Below, piece by piece: positions 25,845-40,440 of a stretch of 64,000 nt of DNA. The notes beneath the pieces were generated by a model. The model did no database searches, was not told where the DNA came from, and saw only the letters and a list, made by a program, of their open reading frames with translations. This stretch comes from Camelus ferus (lineage: Eukaryota). Position numbers and translations under genes: made by a program. The stretch is from NCBI RefSeq assembly GCF_009834535.1, contig NC_045697.1:95978001-96042000 (forward strand), in the 5' to 3' direction. Position 1 is the stretch's first letter. Every line of letters starts with the position of its first letter.

Positions 25845-26900
25845 GTTTCATTTATTAGCTAAAATTTTATTGACTTCCCAATATGTGTTGTGTCCAGTGG
25901 TCCCATCAGAGTAGATAAAAACAGTTCCTTAGCTTACAGAGCTTAATTCCAGTGAGAAGATAAAAAAAATCAATAAATGTACAATGATGGATAACATTAA
26001 GTGTCATACAGAAAAATTAAGTAGGGTGAGGAGGGAGACTAGAGAAAGACTGGGGTCACTTTTTTGAAAATCTATTTACTTTTTTCACTCAGTCCACAAA
26101 TGTTTATTTAGCAACTGTAGGTGCCAGAGACGGTTCTAGGCACTGGGGATACAGCACTGAACAAAGCAGACAAAAAATCCTATTTCTTTTCTCAAAGAGC
26201 TTTCATTCTAGGGAGAGATAGACAAAAAAGGAAACAAAGACAGAAACAGAAACAGTAAGTGAAATAGTATATTAGAAGGAGGCAAATGCCATGGAGAAAA
26301 ATAAATCAAGGAAGTTGGAGAGGGAGTGAGGTGGTAGTCAGAGAAGCCGTCACTGAGAAGGTGATATCTGTACAAAACTCAAATGTGGTTGCTTTTTAAA
26401 AATGAAGGTTCGTAAGAAAAGACTTCTGAACCGCTCAGACATGAAACAAGAAAGCAAGACGTTTACATATCAGAATTACGTGTGTTGCATGTTTGCAGAT
26501 AGCAAGTGTCAGGTCCTTGATTTAAGGGCTTTTATGAGTGCTTCAGAATGGTGGAAATGTTCAATGTAACTGGAATGAAGAAGAGATCAGACAACTGTTA
26601 AATGAGTCATAGTTACCTTCAAAAGCCAAATAGTGTATGGACACACGAGATAAAGAAATTCAGATTTTATTCCAAGGGTTTAGGGTAGCCAGTGGAAGTT
26701 TGTTGGAAAGAAATGACATAATATATGCTCATTCTTAAAGAATCAAACTCTTCAGTAGAGAATCTATGTATGCATAGGAGTTCTGAAAAGTGAAAGGAGA
26801 CCACCGATTAGGAAGCTACTTTAATAGTCTACATGCAAGATGCTGGGACTTGTGCTAGTGTAAGACAGAGAAAGAACAAAATTGATTAGAGAGATGTTTT
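25845..26900 (-). mobile_element. L2 fragments (at least two 3' ends)
   Basis: 'caaatgtttatttagcaact...gtgccaga...gttctaggcactggggatacagcactgaacaaagcagac' at ~26090-26170; a second degenerate end at ~25850. Confidence 0.75.
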
Positions 26901-27904
26901 GAAGGTCCCTCTCTGGAATTGACATAATTTTCTTTTTACTTAACATTAATTCTATAAATTATGATGATTCATATTTTGTTTTTAAAAGCTTACAGGAAGA
27001 GACTAAAACATTTTTGCTCACATTCCACATTTTACATCTGAGTGGGACTCAAAACTAAATTTACTTTTTGTCTGCATCTTCAATTTTATGTTTATATTCC
27101 TTTTTCATGTTTTTATTGCATATATATTATATATACATTACATATTATACATATGTATATATGTACATATAATATGTATGTAACATTAAAACCTCTATGG
27201 GATTCAATGAGGCCTAAATCAATATAAAAAATAGCAGTTATTTTTAACTTTGGTGTTTGAAAGAACTCTGATTAAATTTTGAGGAAAATTATGTCTTGGT
27301 AGACTTATATTCCAATGGCAATGTCAAAGAACATATACTTAAATAGCATCTATTTGAGACAGATTATATGACATTGAGATGCTTTGTTTTTGTTACTATA
27401 TTTCATACATGGTTTTATGCATGACTAAAACAGAATTGAAAATTAATTCTAATCTATATTAAAATAAATATTTATTTTTCAAATAAACGGCAACACTACT
27501 TGCAATTGAATTAACTGTTCCGATGCTTCAAATGATTTGTTCATCCAACAAAACAAATATCTGAAATTCTGGCACTACTGTTAAAATGGCAAAGGCATAC
27601 ATTACTGTAATATGCTACCATTTTTTCAGGTTGCATTTTATATCTTTATAATTCTGGCATAAGAATCGTGGCAAAGAATTATAATTTTAGGACTTTTTCA
27701 TTTTTATAAAAGCATTAAATCATCATAAAGATCTGTTGATCTATAAATTATCATTAACATTTGTTAAGATACAATTACACTAATTCATCACTTCCACAGG
27801 AATGGCCATGATTTGTTTATTTTATTTTATCCATTTTACCTTTCTTATTTTGGTACTACTGCTATATAAAAGATTATCATGTTATTTATTTACACCATTT
27901 AAAG

Positions 27905-28254
27905 GGAGCTGGTACAGGGGAAGGAGAGATGAAGAGATGGAGCACAGGGGATTTTCAGGGCAGTGAAACTACTCTGTAAGATACTATAATGGTGGAAACA
28001 TGTCACTGTACATTCACCAAACCTATGGAATGTACAAGATCAACAGTGAGCCTTCATGTAAACTATGGACACTGGGTGATAATGATGTGTCAGTGCAAGT
28101 TCATCACTTGTCCTGAATGAACCACTCTGGTAGGGGATGTGGATAATGGGAGAGGCTGCACATGTGTGGAGGTAGAGGGTACATGGAAATCTCAGTACCT
28201 TCAGTTGAAGTTGATGTGAACCTATAATTTCTCTAAAAAATAAAGTTGTTAAAA
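27905..28254 (+). mobile_element. L1MC-type 3' UTR
   Basis: 'gagcacaggggattttcagggcagtgaaactactctg...atgtaaactatggacactgggtgataatgatgtgtcagtg...ctctaaaaaataaagtt'. Confidence 0.85.
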
Positions 28255-30814
28255 ACGAAAGAGTTGTTGCATGCAAATAAGAATGTAACCATAACTATGA
28301 CTTCATATTTGTGTCAACAGACATCCAGCAATTGACAATGTACTTTGTCTACAGAAATAAGCCTTTGGAAACTTAATTGAATCATACATTTCTTTACAAA
28401 CATTTAAAGTAGACCAGGCTATAAGTCACTGAATTCTGCTGTTCTGAAGCTCGATGTCAAAGACATATAAAGTAACAGTGGAACATTCTAGCACATTTTT
28501 CTTCAACTAGTTTAATCTGACAGCAGATTAAAAATGCTTATCTCCCCATATACATGTTGCTACACAATCATCAATATACTGTCAAGATATCATTAAATAC
28601 ATAATGCTATCTCATCTGCTTGCAAAAAAAGCTTAGCACTGCTAATGTTAATATAAACTCTATGATATAGTGTTAAATAAAACAACAATCAGTGAAAGTT
28701 ATTCCAAGCTTTTTAAGAATTGTGATATCTTCATATTTATATTTTGCCATACAGATTGCTGGGAATTGCTGATAAACATACAGATGTTATGAAACATTAG
28801 GAAAACATTTTTCATGGGCTTTTAAAGCATATCACTTTTTCATCAGTTTCTAACTGTAACACATTATAATGATTAAAAGTTTCTGATGTTTTGCAAAGAT
28901 CCATTTCATCTAACCACAATCTTTTCTATCTTTGTCCATATTTTATTCCCTATCTCTACTAGATTAGGAAAATCTATCAAAATATTTTCTTTAAGAGACT
29001 TTCATAGAATTAGTCCTAATAATGAGTTGATTTGTTTCTTTTTTGCCTCAATATTAACTTTATAGCAATTAAAATGACAAGTACCAGTCTTTCAGCACCT
29101 ACATGCAAATGTGTAAATTATTAAATTATTCTCAATTTGCCTCATTGATCCTTCATTCTAGATCATGGGCTGCTGACTGATGTCATCATCAGTTCCTGCT
29201 GATCAGCCTCCCCTGCTTTCTCACCTCCATCCTCTTCTTCAATGTCCCATAGGAACTGATTATAATCTCTCTGGCCGTCTCTTTCCACTGTCTCCTTTCA
29301 CAAATTCTACACTCATTCCCTGAACTACATTTCGTGGATATGAACTGCTTTTCTACAATTCATACCTTGACTCAAGTCTTTTTCCTACAACTAATGTACA
29401 TTTTATTCCTGGAAAACATTTTACCATTTGTCAAACTTGAGTCAAATTGACCCTATCAAGTTTACCTGAGACTCTGTGGTTAAATTAATTTCTCTTTTCT
29501 TTGTAGTCCAAGATTATTCTCTTCCAATCCATTCTTTATTTTCAATAAATGATTTTCTTTCTAAATTGTGAACTACTTAAGAGTAGGGGATATATGTGAC
29601 TCATATTTAAATGCTTCATAGTCTAGGGAAATCTCTTATAATTAATACTTGTTGCAAAGAATAAAAATGCATTTTACATTATTAATAGTGTCATTATTAT
29701 AGTATTGCTTTACGTGTAAGAGTCTTCTTAAGTTCACATTTTGAAGATTTAAAAAATTACCATTTTTTGTTAAATGTTTAAATATTTTTGTTAGACAATT
29801 AAAGTATTAGTCCTTTTTGTCAAATATGAGAAATATAATAATCCAAGGAAAGGAACATTTATTGTTGTAATTTGGCATATTTTACACATTAATTGACTTA
29901 TCAAGGACAGTTCTGGGAAAGTTAAATATTAATGACACATGAAATAATTTTTCATTCTTAATTATCCTAATAGTTTTTTAATTCAGGCTTAGGTAACTCT
30001 GTTCATTATATGTACATATACATGAGTCAAAGTCTCTTACGGACTAGACAATACGTTAGTAATTTGAAATGTTATATCTAAAAAGCCCAAAATCTTAGCT
30101 CTCAAACAACTAAGAATCTAGTGGAGACACAAGCAACTCTTCAATTTCAATGGAAAATCATAAGTACTATGCAAATACAATTCAACATTTATGGAGTACT
30201 TACTATGTAATAGCATCTGTGTTAAGTGAATTGCATGCAACATTTAAAAAAAAATCCCCATGATGAGGTGTCTATTACAAACCCACACCTCACTTGTGGA
30301 AAAATGAGCCTTAGATCATTTTAAGACTTGCTGAGCCCATATATTTTACATCTAGGCTTTTTCACTCCAGAACCTGCAGTCAAAGAGTATAGACTCAGGG
30401 TGCTATGGCCACAGAGCAGAAGTATCCAGAGCAAACTGGGACTGGAGGGGAGGCTCTGGAGTGTTGGAAAAAAGGCAACACTGCGGAAGCAAAGAAGAAA
30501 TGGCACAGAAGAAAAATAAGGAGGGAATGTGCTCTATAATTGAAGGGAAAAGAGAATTATAAGAGGTCAGTGTTATAAAATGATGATGTGAAGTTAATTA
30601 TGTAAAAGCAGGTAACCGGAAAACTCTGGAACAGTGGCTCTTAATAGCAAGATGAGTCAGAATTTACTGAAAACAAAATGATTGACACAAAATTAGAAGA
30701 TAAGCACCAAGCACCCCAGCGTGACAACAATATATCTTGCCACAAAACATGTTTTTTATGAGTAATCTTCTCCCCCACTTCTCCATTCCCCCTACCCCTG
30801 TATAATCCTTAAAG

Positions 30815-31043
30815 CACTGGTTTTCAGCTGGGGCTGTTTTGCTTCCTACAGGACCTTTGGCAATGTCTAAAGACATTTTCAGTTGTAATTACTAGGCATG
30901 GAAATGGGGTGATGGGTGCTAGTGTCATCTAGACCCTAGAGGTCAGGGAGTCTGAAGAAAGTCCTAAAATTTCCAGAAAAGCCCTTCACAACAAAAAATT
31001 ACCTGGCCCAAAATGTAAGCCCTGCAGGGGCTGAGAAACTCTG
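30815..31043 (+). mobile_element. MER20 (hAT-Charlie MITE)
   Basis: 'ggacctttggcaatgtctaaagacattttcagttgt...acaaaaaattacctggcccaaaatgt...gctgagaaactctg'; decayed 8-bp TSD CCTTAAAG/CCCCAAAG. Confidence 0.85.
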
Positions 31044-31639
31044 CCCCAAAGTAAGAAATTTGATGCTTAGAGAATCAAGGGTCTTCCACTAGGAAATTAC
31101 TCATAGGGCAACAAAACCACTTAGCATTTCCCCTCATTTTGGAGTAGTAGAATTCAACATGGAACACCAGACTGCAGGCAAGCCCCAGGTGGAACTCTCT
31201 GTCATGGGAGTTATCACAGATGCAGAAATGGTTGTGACAATAGAGATGTTGGACAGGGCCCAGGGCGATACTTTGGTCCTGTTCCCAGACTCCATGTGTC
31301 TTTCATTATCACTCTAGTGCTTTCACATGCCCTGGAGGCAAAGTGCCTGTAATCAGATTTAGCATCCAAACATCATCATGCAGACAGGGATTCTGATTTA
31401 GACTGAGAAATCAGAATCTAGTTTCCAAATGTGGTCAAATTGAACCCTTTTAAAAAGATGGTGAACAATTTTTTGAGGAAAATCAACAGTCTGAGGACAC
31501 TGAAGTCAAAATTAATCACTGAGAATTAATCAATTTGTTATATCAGTTGAAATTATAAAGATAATGAAGTTAAAGTTCTAAACTAAATATCATTGATATT
31601 CAGGTAAGGAGTGAAAAGTATTATACTTATCAAATTAAT

Positions 31640-31950
31640 AAACAAAACAGGATACTATAAAATGTGGCAGTTTAATCATATGATGCTAATTTTTAAACTG
31701 TATTTAATAAGTGGGTTGAATAATAGGACAGATACAGGATAAAAATTAAAGTTATTCACTGGAAAAGTGAAGTTAAAGTTTTCCCCAAAACACAGAAAAA
31801 AAGAGAAAAAAAAAAACAGAAAAAATATGAGTGAAATGTTAAGTGACATTAATAGCATATTCAGCAATTTCAGTATCTTTCCAATAGGCATTCTTAAGCC
31901 AGAGAAGAGAAATAGCAGAGGCTATTTTTTATTAAATATTATTACATAGT
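31640..31950 (+). mobile_element. Ancient L1/HAL1 ORF1 remnant
   Basis: Peptide KNMSEMLSDINSIFSNFSIFPIGILKPEKRN resembles ORF1 'ENMxEKLRDMEDRSRRSNIxxIGVPE'; A-rich strand. Confidence 0.45.
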
Positions 31951-32403
31951 TTAATGATCTAGATCACTGTCCATTTTATTTAAATTCCTTCAGTTCTATC
32001 TTTGGTATTTTGTCATAATTATTATTATTTTGCATCCTGTCCTCAATAGTCTGGGGACATAAGTCTGTGCAGAGATTGCCCCTTATTCCCAAATATGAAT
32101 CCATTCTTTCTTCTCATATTTAGCATTAAAATCCTCAGGTTTATCTGGTCACATATTTATAAAGGGTGAAGACTGTATTTCCTAGTATTCCTTGCTATAT
32201 AGCACTATCTCCTGAACAACAGAAACTAACAATCAGACTTTGGCAGGTTTTTACTTAAAAAGAATAAGAGTGGTTTTCACATCTGCTTTTTCCTTTTTTC
32301 TATGATCTGGAACATGAGTATGGTGGTGAAAAATTTTGAAGCATGGCAAGGATTCAAAGTATATATATAGTGTTTTGTAATTACTCTTTATCCAATCTAT
32401 CAA

Positions 32404-32466
<63 letters not shown>

Positions 32467-32477
32467 CTATCTATCTA
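32404..32477. repeat. (TCTA)n/(GATA)n tetranucleotide microsatellite
   Basis: Direct reading: ~15 perfect units plus an interrupted tail. Confidence 0.95.
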
Positions 32478-34499
32478 GAGGAGGCAGTCTACCTATGCAT
32501 CTATCTACCTAGATAGACAGATGATAGCCCATGATGACATGTAATGCAAAATATTTGTAACCAACCAAATTTAATACAATTGATGAGGATAAAAAGGAAA
32601 AGACCCATTTCCAGTAGCTACATTTGAAAGTATGTCTGCAAAGACATATTAGAGAAACATATTAGAGAAAAAGTTTGGCACAAAGTTATAACTCAAAAAT
32701 ATGAAATCCAATAATTAAATATTTCATTCATAGATTTCTCTAAACTAGCATATTAAATACAGGTTTGGGGAAAAACATTTCTGCTCACAATATACATGAA
32801 ATCGAATAATACACTACTTAATGTGATTCTGACTTCAAAATTTTAATCCTGAATCTCTAGTTTATGATGCCCTATTAATTCCAAGATAATGAGGCCAATC
32901 TCATCATTTCAGATGGAGACAAAGAATCATATGGCATGACATTAGATGTGACCCGCAGAGCTATCCAACTCAGCACTCTCATCACCACCAAAGTGACCTT
33001 AAATGCTCTATTTTCCATTCCCATAGTATCTGTATCACATTTTTTTTCTGGATGAATCTATAGATATTATCATCTAGACATATAGTGCTGTTTGGCACTC
33101 TGCAGCTTTTCACGTGATCCCTTGAGAAATTACACACATTTCTGAAAGGGAATGCAAGTTATGTGGGTCACAATGATTTATTTCAGGACTCTATTAATAG
33201 AGTAAGCTCATCTATGCTTACTCCTTGTAGACAAGAACAATGTCTTTGAAGAAATAAATCCCACAATGGTGTTCAAATGCATTAGAAAGTACAACAGATT
33301 TTAAAGTTGCCATCCAAATTCCAGCATGGAATTGCTTTGTAGGTGAAGCCAAATCATAATTATGGTAATTTGTTATCTCAGTAGCCTATTATCTTAAATT
33401 TGATCTAAAAAGGGTCAAATTCATATTTTTTGTTTTATAGTGAATACTATTAGAATCAGCTTGCGGTGTACGTAATTTTCAACATAGCGTACTTAAAAGG
33501 GCACTTGATTTTAATCTACTATTTTCTCAAATACATTTAGTATTTGGTTTGAAATAAATGTGTACTTAACTTTATAATACATAGAGCTGTACAATTAAGT
33601 CTAGATAATGTAAACAAATAATATTAGAATATTAGAATTAGAACATCTATAGGTAGTCATAAATATCTATTTAATTACATACATATATAAATACAGACCA
33701 ATGATTTTGGTCTACTCAAAATAATTTTAAAATGTCTAATACATTTCGGTAATAAACATATATACTTTAACAGAACTAATAACTTATATAAACTGATTTA
33801 TTTAATTCTAATTGGTGCTACCAGGGAAGGCACAGGGGATTCTAAAAGTATTTATGAAGGAAAGTGATAAGATCATGAATGATTATTTACAACATTTTAA
33901 GGAATTCAAATTTTCTGCAGAGAGGACCAGATAAAGATTTTAAGTAGAGCAGTACTTTAGGGTTTAGAAGAATAATTCTCTCTGTTGTTCAGAAGAATGA
34001 ATGGATGACAGGAAGACCAATTAGACACTTGTTCAATAATTATCTACCCGAGAATTGTTGTTGATCTGCACTAAGTTACTGGCATTGTGTATGTAGTTAG
34101 TATTCACTCATGTTCAATAGTCAGAATGATTAGAGAAATGTTGAGAGTCAAATCAATGCTCAGTCATGAAAATCATTCTTATCTTCAAGGATACTGTTAT
34201 TGGGCTAATCCCTTTTAATAAGGAAAAACTTATGTGTCTTTCTCCTTAGAAACAATGAAGTGCTTTGGAATTTTACATTGTCATTTCTTATAACTCAACC
34301 TAGATTATAAAATTTAACACTGAGCTATAAAAAATACAAAATTCACGTATGGTTTCCAGTTACCTCTTTTCTGTGAAAAGTTTAAACCCAGATTGCAATG
34401 ATTTTCTCCCCAGATTTTATACCAAAAATATGACAGCAATATTGACCAACACAATTTCTGGATCATTGCTGCGGCACTCATTTAATATCCCTGCTTCTG

Positions 34500-35110
34500 T
34501 CTTTTGCCTACATTGTGTTTTCAACAGCACCCAAAGTGATTCCTTAAAAACGACATCAGATCACATTACCTTTTGATTAAAATCTTCCAATGACTTCCTA
34601 TTTCACTCAGAATTAAAGCTAAAGTCCTTACTATGGCACACAAATTCCTGAACAATCCAGACTCTGTTACTCTCTTTTTCTCTCTTCAACAGTTTGTTGT
34701 AACCAAATGAGCCTCCAAACTCTTCCTCAAATACATTAGACATGCTTCAGCTTCAGAGAACAGGAAGCCTGTTCTCTGACTGGGAGCCCCTCCCTGAGAA
34801 GTGCTGACTGTTCATTTCCTCTTTACCTGCAAGCCTTCTCCCAGTTATTACTCTCTTGGAGAGGACTTGCCTGACACCACATTTAACAGAACAACCCTCC
34901 TCATCCGACCATGATACTATTTTCTGTTTCTCGTCCTACTTTATTATCTTTTTTCCTCATATACTTATCCAACTTGACATTATACACACTGAATTGCTTT
35001 ATTTACTGTCTGCTGTCTTCTGCAACCTTTGAAGCAGTGACAGAAGGGTTATATTTTTGGCCATAGTTTTTTATTCATGGACTAGAACAGTACTTGGCAT
35101 ACAAGAGACG
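34500..35110 (+). mobile_element. L2 3' region
   Basis: 'aaaatcttccaatgacttcctatttcactcagaattaaagctaaagtccttactatggc...ctagaacagtacttggcataca'. Confidence 0.75.
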
Positions 35111-35793
35111 TACATTATAAGTGGGGAATGTAGGTAGAGATGGAGAGACTTGTTGATAGCAAGTTGAGTGTTTTCCCCTCAACTAATGGATTCTTGCTTT
35201 TCTTTTTCTGAGAAGTAGAAGACAAGGTCACCTACAGATGGTGAAGGTTGGGAGAGAGTAATCTATTTTCATTTAAGGCTTAAATCAGAAGTGACCTCTT
35301 ATGTCAAAATGCAAGTAAAACTCCTAGTTGCTCCAGAAGAACAAAGAACAATAGGGCAGAAAACACAAGTAAAATAATTGTTTCTTTTGTAGAAAGAACA
35401 CTTGGAAGCCAAAGAAATAAGACAAAGCCTTTACCAGAATTTCCAAAAGTCCAGGCAGCCAGCTCTTTGTAGAGAATAGCACAGAGTAATATTTGTTATA
35501 AAAATGTTATACTTAAGAAACATAAGTGGTCATTAGACGTTTGAAGATTTAAAGATTGTAAACTCAGAAATAAAAAGTCAAAGCAAACAGGCAACATTGT
35601 AAAGTGAGAATGAGAATGTTCGTCAAGAACAATATAAGATCCCAGAAGACTCGTAGCACATACCGAGGCATCTCTAGAATGAGGAAGTAAGTATGGGTGG
35701 ACAAGGGCAAACATCCTGCTCTCAGAAGTCTAAAACATACCTCATATTCTATGAAAATTTGTTTTGTTTAGCTCATAATGTGTCTTAGGGAAT

Positions 35794-36934
35794 TGTGGTA
35801 GGTAGAATTCTGAAACAGCATCCCCACTTCGAAAATTTCCCACTTAAATCTCCAAGACTGAACTATGATAGATATCACAGCCATGACTATATGTTACCTT
35901 AAATGGCAAAAGAGATTTTTCTGATGTGAGGGATATTTCAGATGTAACTAAGGTTTCTAATCTGTTAACTTTTAGCTAATCAATAAGGAGATTATCTAGG
36001 TGGGTACAATCTAATCACATTGTTAAAGCAGGTAGTTAGCTAGATATGAGCAGAGAAAGGGGGACACAGGCCAAATGGCAGAAAAGGTTTGTTAAAATCA
36101 TCACAATTTGTGTATTTGGACAGAGGTTCATTATGGCCTCTGTCTGAATGCAGCTTTTTGTTCATCATGACCTCATCTGATTTCCCAATCAAGAGTAAAT
36201 AAGGACAAGAAATCCCTCCCTTCACCCCTAGGAAGGTGGAGCTGGGGTGAAGATCAGGAAAGATTACCCCAAACCCATTCCTGCGAATGAATATTCTGTC
36301 CATTCATTTTTACACCCATATAACCAGCTTGCCAAAGAAACTCGGGGAAGTTACCTACCTGGGTCTGCCTGCTCTTTCCTTGAGAGCGTACTATCTATTC
36401 CTTAATAAATCCTTGCTTTACTTTCTTGACCTCCATGTCTTGTTTCTGAATTCTTTCTGCGACAAGACCAGAACCTTCTTGCCAACAACAACGTGAACCC
36501 TTTAAAAGGAATTTTAAACATTCTAATTTTCTCTGGCTGGCAGCAGCATAAGTCACAGAGGTTCCAAGTATGAGAAGGATTTGACCTGCTGTTGCTCACT
36601 TGGAGATGCGAGGGCCCTATCATGAGGAATGCGGATAGACACTACATGCCCAGTAAAACCCCGAGCTGACAGCCAGCAAGGAAACAGGAATCACACGCTA
36701 TAACCACAAGGAAATGAATTCAGTCAAACACTTAAATACATTTTGAAGTAGATTCTTCCCCAGAACCTCCCAGAGACCAGTCTGATCAGCACCTTGATTT
36801 CAGCTTTATAAGACCATATGCAGAGAATTTTTGATGAGCTAACTTATTCCTGACCTGTAGAACTAATGAATGAGTGTTGTTTAAGGTGCTAGGTTGTGTG
36901 GTAACTTCTTATACAGTAATAGAAAATGAATGCA
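35794..36934 (+). mobile_element. MaLR LTR (MLT1E/F-like), split by a nested LTR
   Basis: TGTGGTAGGTAGAATTCT start; 'gagattatctaggtggg...ctaatcacat|...|gaaccctttaaaagg'; 'gctgacagccagcaaggaaacagga'; end 'agtaatagaaaatgaatgca'. Confidence 0.85.
36021..36490 (+). mobile_element. Solo ERV LTR (470 bp, ERV1-class by TSD length)
   Basis: TGTT...AACA termini, TATAA at 36319-23, AATAAA at 36404-09, 4-bp TSD ACAT/ACGT; flanks rejoin into continuous MLT1 sequence. Confidence 0.85.
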
Positions 36935-38879
36935 ATAATGTTATTTAATTTTAAAATAGGAATATTGGCTTTATTGGTAGAATAAAAAAAATTTGGAAAA
37001 TCTGGAATTTTTTCTGCATGGCACAATGGGTAGATGAGACATGATCACTGCAGTTGTCACATTTCCACACTGGACACTTCATTCATTTAGGTTAAACATG
37101 TAAATATTTGGATTTTGATCTCCTCTCTAAACCATACTGACCAGGGATTCTTACCTTTTTCTTTTATATATAAATATATAATATATTTTTATATATATAA
37201 TTTATATACACATACAAATTCATTATAGTAGTCTGTTGTATATCCTTTTAGAAGATGTATATGTGTATGCTTATTAATAAGTTTTTAAATCTATGTAATC
37301 TATAAAGTTCTATTTTCAGAGTGTAAACCCAAGGTTTTCATCATACACTTTATTAGTGTTCAAAAGTCTCAAGTTCTGTTGTCCCTAAACTGGTTGACCT
37401 TTCTTTTGTCATAAATGGAAAAGTGTCTGCCTTTGCTTAGGGTCTGCAAAACCAGCTAAACGATACTTCTTACAACAAAATTTTCCAGGTCAGATTTTAA
37501 AACAATAGTAAGTTTGAATGACAACATTATCTATATGATAAAAGGCTTAAACTTTATAACAACCCAATTTGAATTCTTAAAGATCAATCCTAGATCAATA
37601 TTTTGTAATGCTGTATATATTTATAGAAAAGTATAAAAGATTAACTTCAAATCAATGAATCCCACTCCACAAGTTTACAGGGAAAGTGAAAGTTCACATG
37701 CAAGAGACCAACACAGTGTGCAAATCTTAAATTAAATGGTGTACCTTGGCCAGTAGTAATGAGATTCTGGCAAGTAGGGAAATGTTGTCAAAGTTGTTCA
37801 GGTTACATGATAAGAAGGCTGCCAGGAACATTTAAAATTTGGGGAGGGGTGCTTTAACCTACATAAAGTGTTCAATGCTGAGCTATTCATCTTGGTAAGG
37901 AGAAAAATACCTATGAATTTTAAACAGGCTTGACCATACCATCTTCAGGGCAAAATGCTTGTCAATGTGTGATCTGAAAATAGTACAATCAAGCACATTG
38001 AAAATTCAGCAGTTTTTCTCATAGAAATGGATGTCTTCCTGACAAGTGAACACTGGGTTTTATTTTGGCCTGGGGATTTGTTTTGATGGAAAACTTTATT
38101 TACTCCAAATATATCTTATAAACTATGAAAATGAAGCAGAACTTCAAACAAGGTTAATTTCTGTGCAAAATACACCAACTGCCTGATTGTCCTTTATGAT
38201 TCTTCTCTTTGAACAAAAACATGATCATTCATCAGCCAAACTGGTTTGAGACCCCTATGTGCCCAATACCTTAGTTAGCACAAAGCTTATATCAACACAG
38301 GATACCATGCCAGGACAGTAAAAACCTACTGAGTGCCAGATGAATATTTATTGATAAGAAATTGTATCTTTTTTCCTTTTTATTTTTATTTTATTATATA
38401 GAGATCAGATCTATAATAAATAAAGTTTTGATTGCTTTATGAAATCAAAGAAAATTTAAATAGTTTTAGAGTTTAGGTATCAACTAATGGCAAGTACATG
38501 TATTGAGAGAGTTTCACTTCAGGTATAGAGATGAATTGGTATTAAAGTGGTAAAATGTTATTAAAATCCTCACAATGTATCTACTGAAATAACTGTACCA
38601 AAAAAAAGCATAGCTAGTTGGCCTGTGATGAGAATTGATCATGTTAATTTAAGTGATGAGAAGTAGCAGCATGTGAAAGATATACTACATATTTCATTAG
38701 GTAAAAATAAGCACAAATAACTGAAAAGAAATGAGAGGAAAAAAGACCCAAAAAACAGTTGTTCTAAAGAAATGTTTTCCAGAGTGAATACATGATGATG
38801 TAGGTAGAACACATTGTATTTACACTGTAGTTCTAGATCTGACCTGGAGAGAACAATTTTACCTTTGGTGGTTACATAA

Positions 38880-39435
38880 TATCATTCCTTATTCAAATAT
38901 TGCACTAGTGAATCTCATTCAGCATCAAAGCCAAAGCCCTACAATGTTCACAGGCACTACCTCCTGCACTTCTGATTTAATCTGCTACCTCTTCTCACTT
39001 GCTCACTCCAGTCCAACCCATGTCCTCCCTGCAGTCCCTCTAAACCCAGTCCTCTGTCACCAGATGTCCTTTCAACTGCACTTCCCTGGCTGGAATGCTC
39101 CTCTTGGGGAGTAGCTAGGCTGACTAACTCATTGCCCTTGGGACAGACTCAAATATTACCTCCTGAGGGAGAAGTTTCCTCTGCACCCCTTTTAAAAGAG
39201 CAGCCTGCTCATCCACACCCATCACCATGTCATCATTACTCTTACCTACTTTCTTTTCCTCTGTCACATTTATCTGCATCTGATATATTATATTATTTGT
39301 ATATTTAACATACACAAATATAATATATACATTATTTGTATATTTCTGTTTTGCAAAGATATGTTAGAAAGTCAGCTCCAGGAGTGCTTGTTGAATAAAA
39401 GTCGCCTATTAAATATTTATTCAATAGATCACTAA
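38880..39435 (+). mobile_element. L2 fragment
   Basis: 'aaagccaaagccctacaatg...cttccctggctggaatgctcctct...ctcaaatattacctcctgagggagaagtttcct...taaatatttattcaat'. Confidence 0.7.
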
Positions 39436-39521
39436 GTAAATAAATATATATCATCCTCTTTGGAGTAAGTTTGTCACTTTAAGAAGTGTAGAAAATTCAC
39501 TATTAAAAAACAAATTTAAAG

Positions 39522-40440
39522 TCTGTTTCTGTTTTGTAGATGAGTTCATTTAGTGTCCTCTTTTTTCTTCTTCTTCTTCTTTTTTTTTTTTTTTTTAGAT
39601 TCCGTATATGAGTGTTATCATATGGTAGTTTTCTTTCTCTTTCTGGCTTACTTCACTTAGAATGATCTCCAGGTCCATCCGTGTTGCTGCAAATGGTATT
39701 ACTTTATTCTTTTTTATTGCTGAGTAGTATTCCATTGTATATATATACCACAACATCCTTATCCAGTCACCTGTCATTGGACATGTAGGTTGCTTCCATG
39801 TCTTGGCTATTGTATATAAGGCTGCTATGAACATTGGGGTGCATGTATCTTTTCAAATTAGAGTTCCCTCCAGATGTATGCCCAGGAGTTAGATTGCTGG
39901 ATCTTATGGTCAGTCTATTTTTAGTCTTTTGAGGAATCTCCATACTGTTTTTCATAATGGCTGCACCAAACTACATTCCTACCAACCACATAGGAGGGTT
40001 TCCTTTTCTCCACACCCTCTACAGCGTTTCTGGACTTTTGAATGATGGCCATTCTGACTGGTGTGAGGTGATACCTCATTGTAGTTTTGGTTTGCATTTA
40101 TCTGATAATTAGCAATATTGAGCATTTTTTCATGTGCATATTGGTCATTTGTATGTCTTCATTGGACTTGCAGACATAGAAAACAATCTTATGTTTACAG
40201 GGGGTAAGGAAGTAGGAAGGGATGAATTTAGAAGTTTGAGATTTGTACATATTACCCACCATATGTAAAATAGATAAAAAACAAATTTCTTCTGCATAGC
40301 ACAGGGAACTACATTCAATATCTTGTAATAACTTTTAATGAAAAAGAATATGAAAATGAGTATATGTGCATATATATACATGACTGAGACATTTTGCTGT
40401 ACAACAGAAATTGACACATTATAACTGACTATACTTCAAT
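39522..40440 (+). mobile_element. L1 insertion with 5' inversion (39522-40166 inverted; 40165-40440 sense 3'UTR)
   Basis: Minus-strand ORF2 C-terminus (MFIAALYTIAKTWKQP...LIYGI*) abuts a plus-strand 3'UTR ending gactatacttcaataaaa; TSD AAAACAAATTTA(A/G)AG at 39507-39521 and 40441-40455; TT/AAAA target. Confidence 0.92.

Noticed and set aside
39560..39597. T-run as the poly(A) tail of an independent minus-strand L1
   Set aside because: It is the internal A-rich tract after the ORF2 stop; L1 3'UTR sequence continues beyond it to 39522
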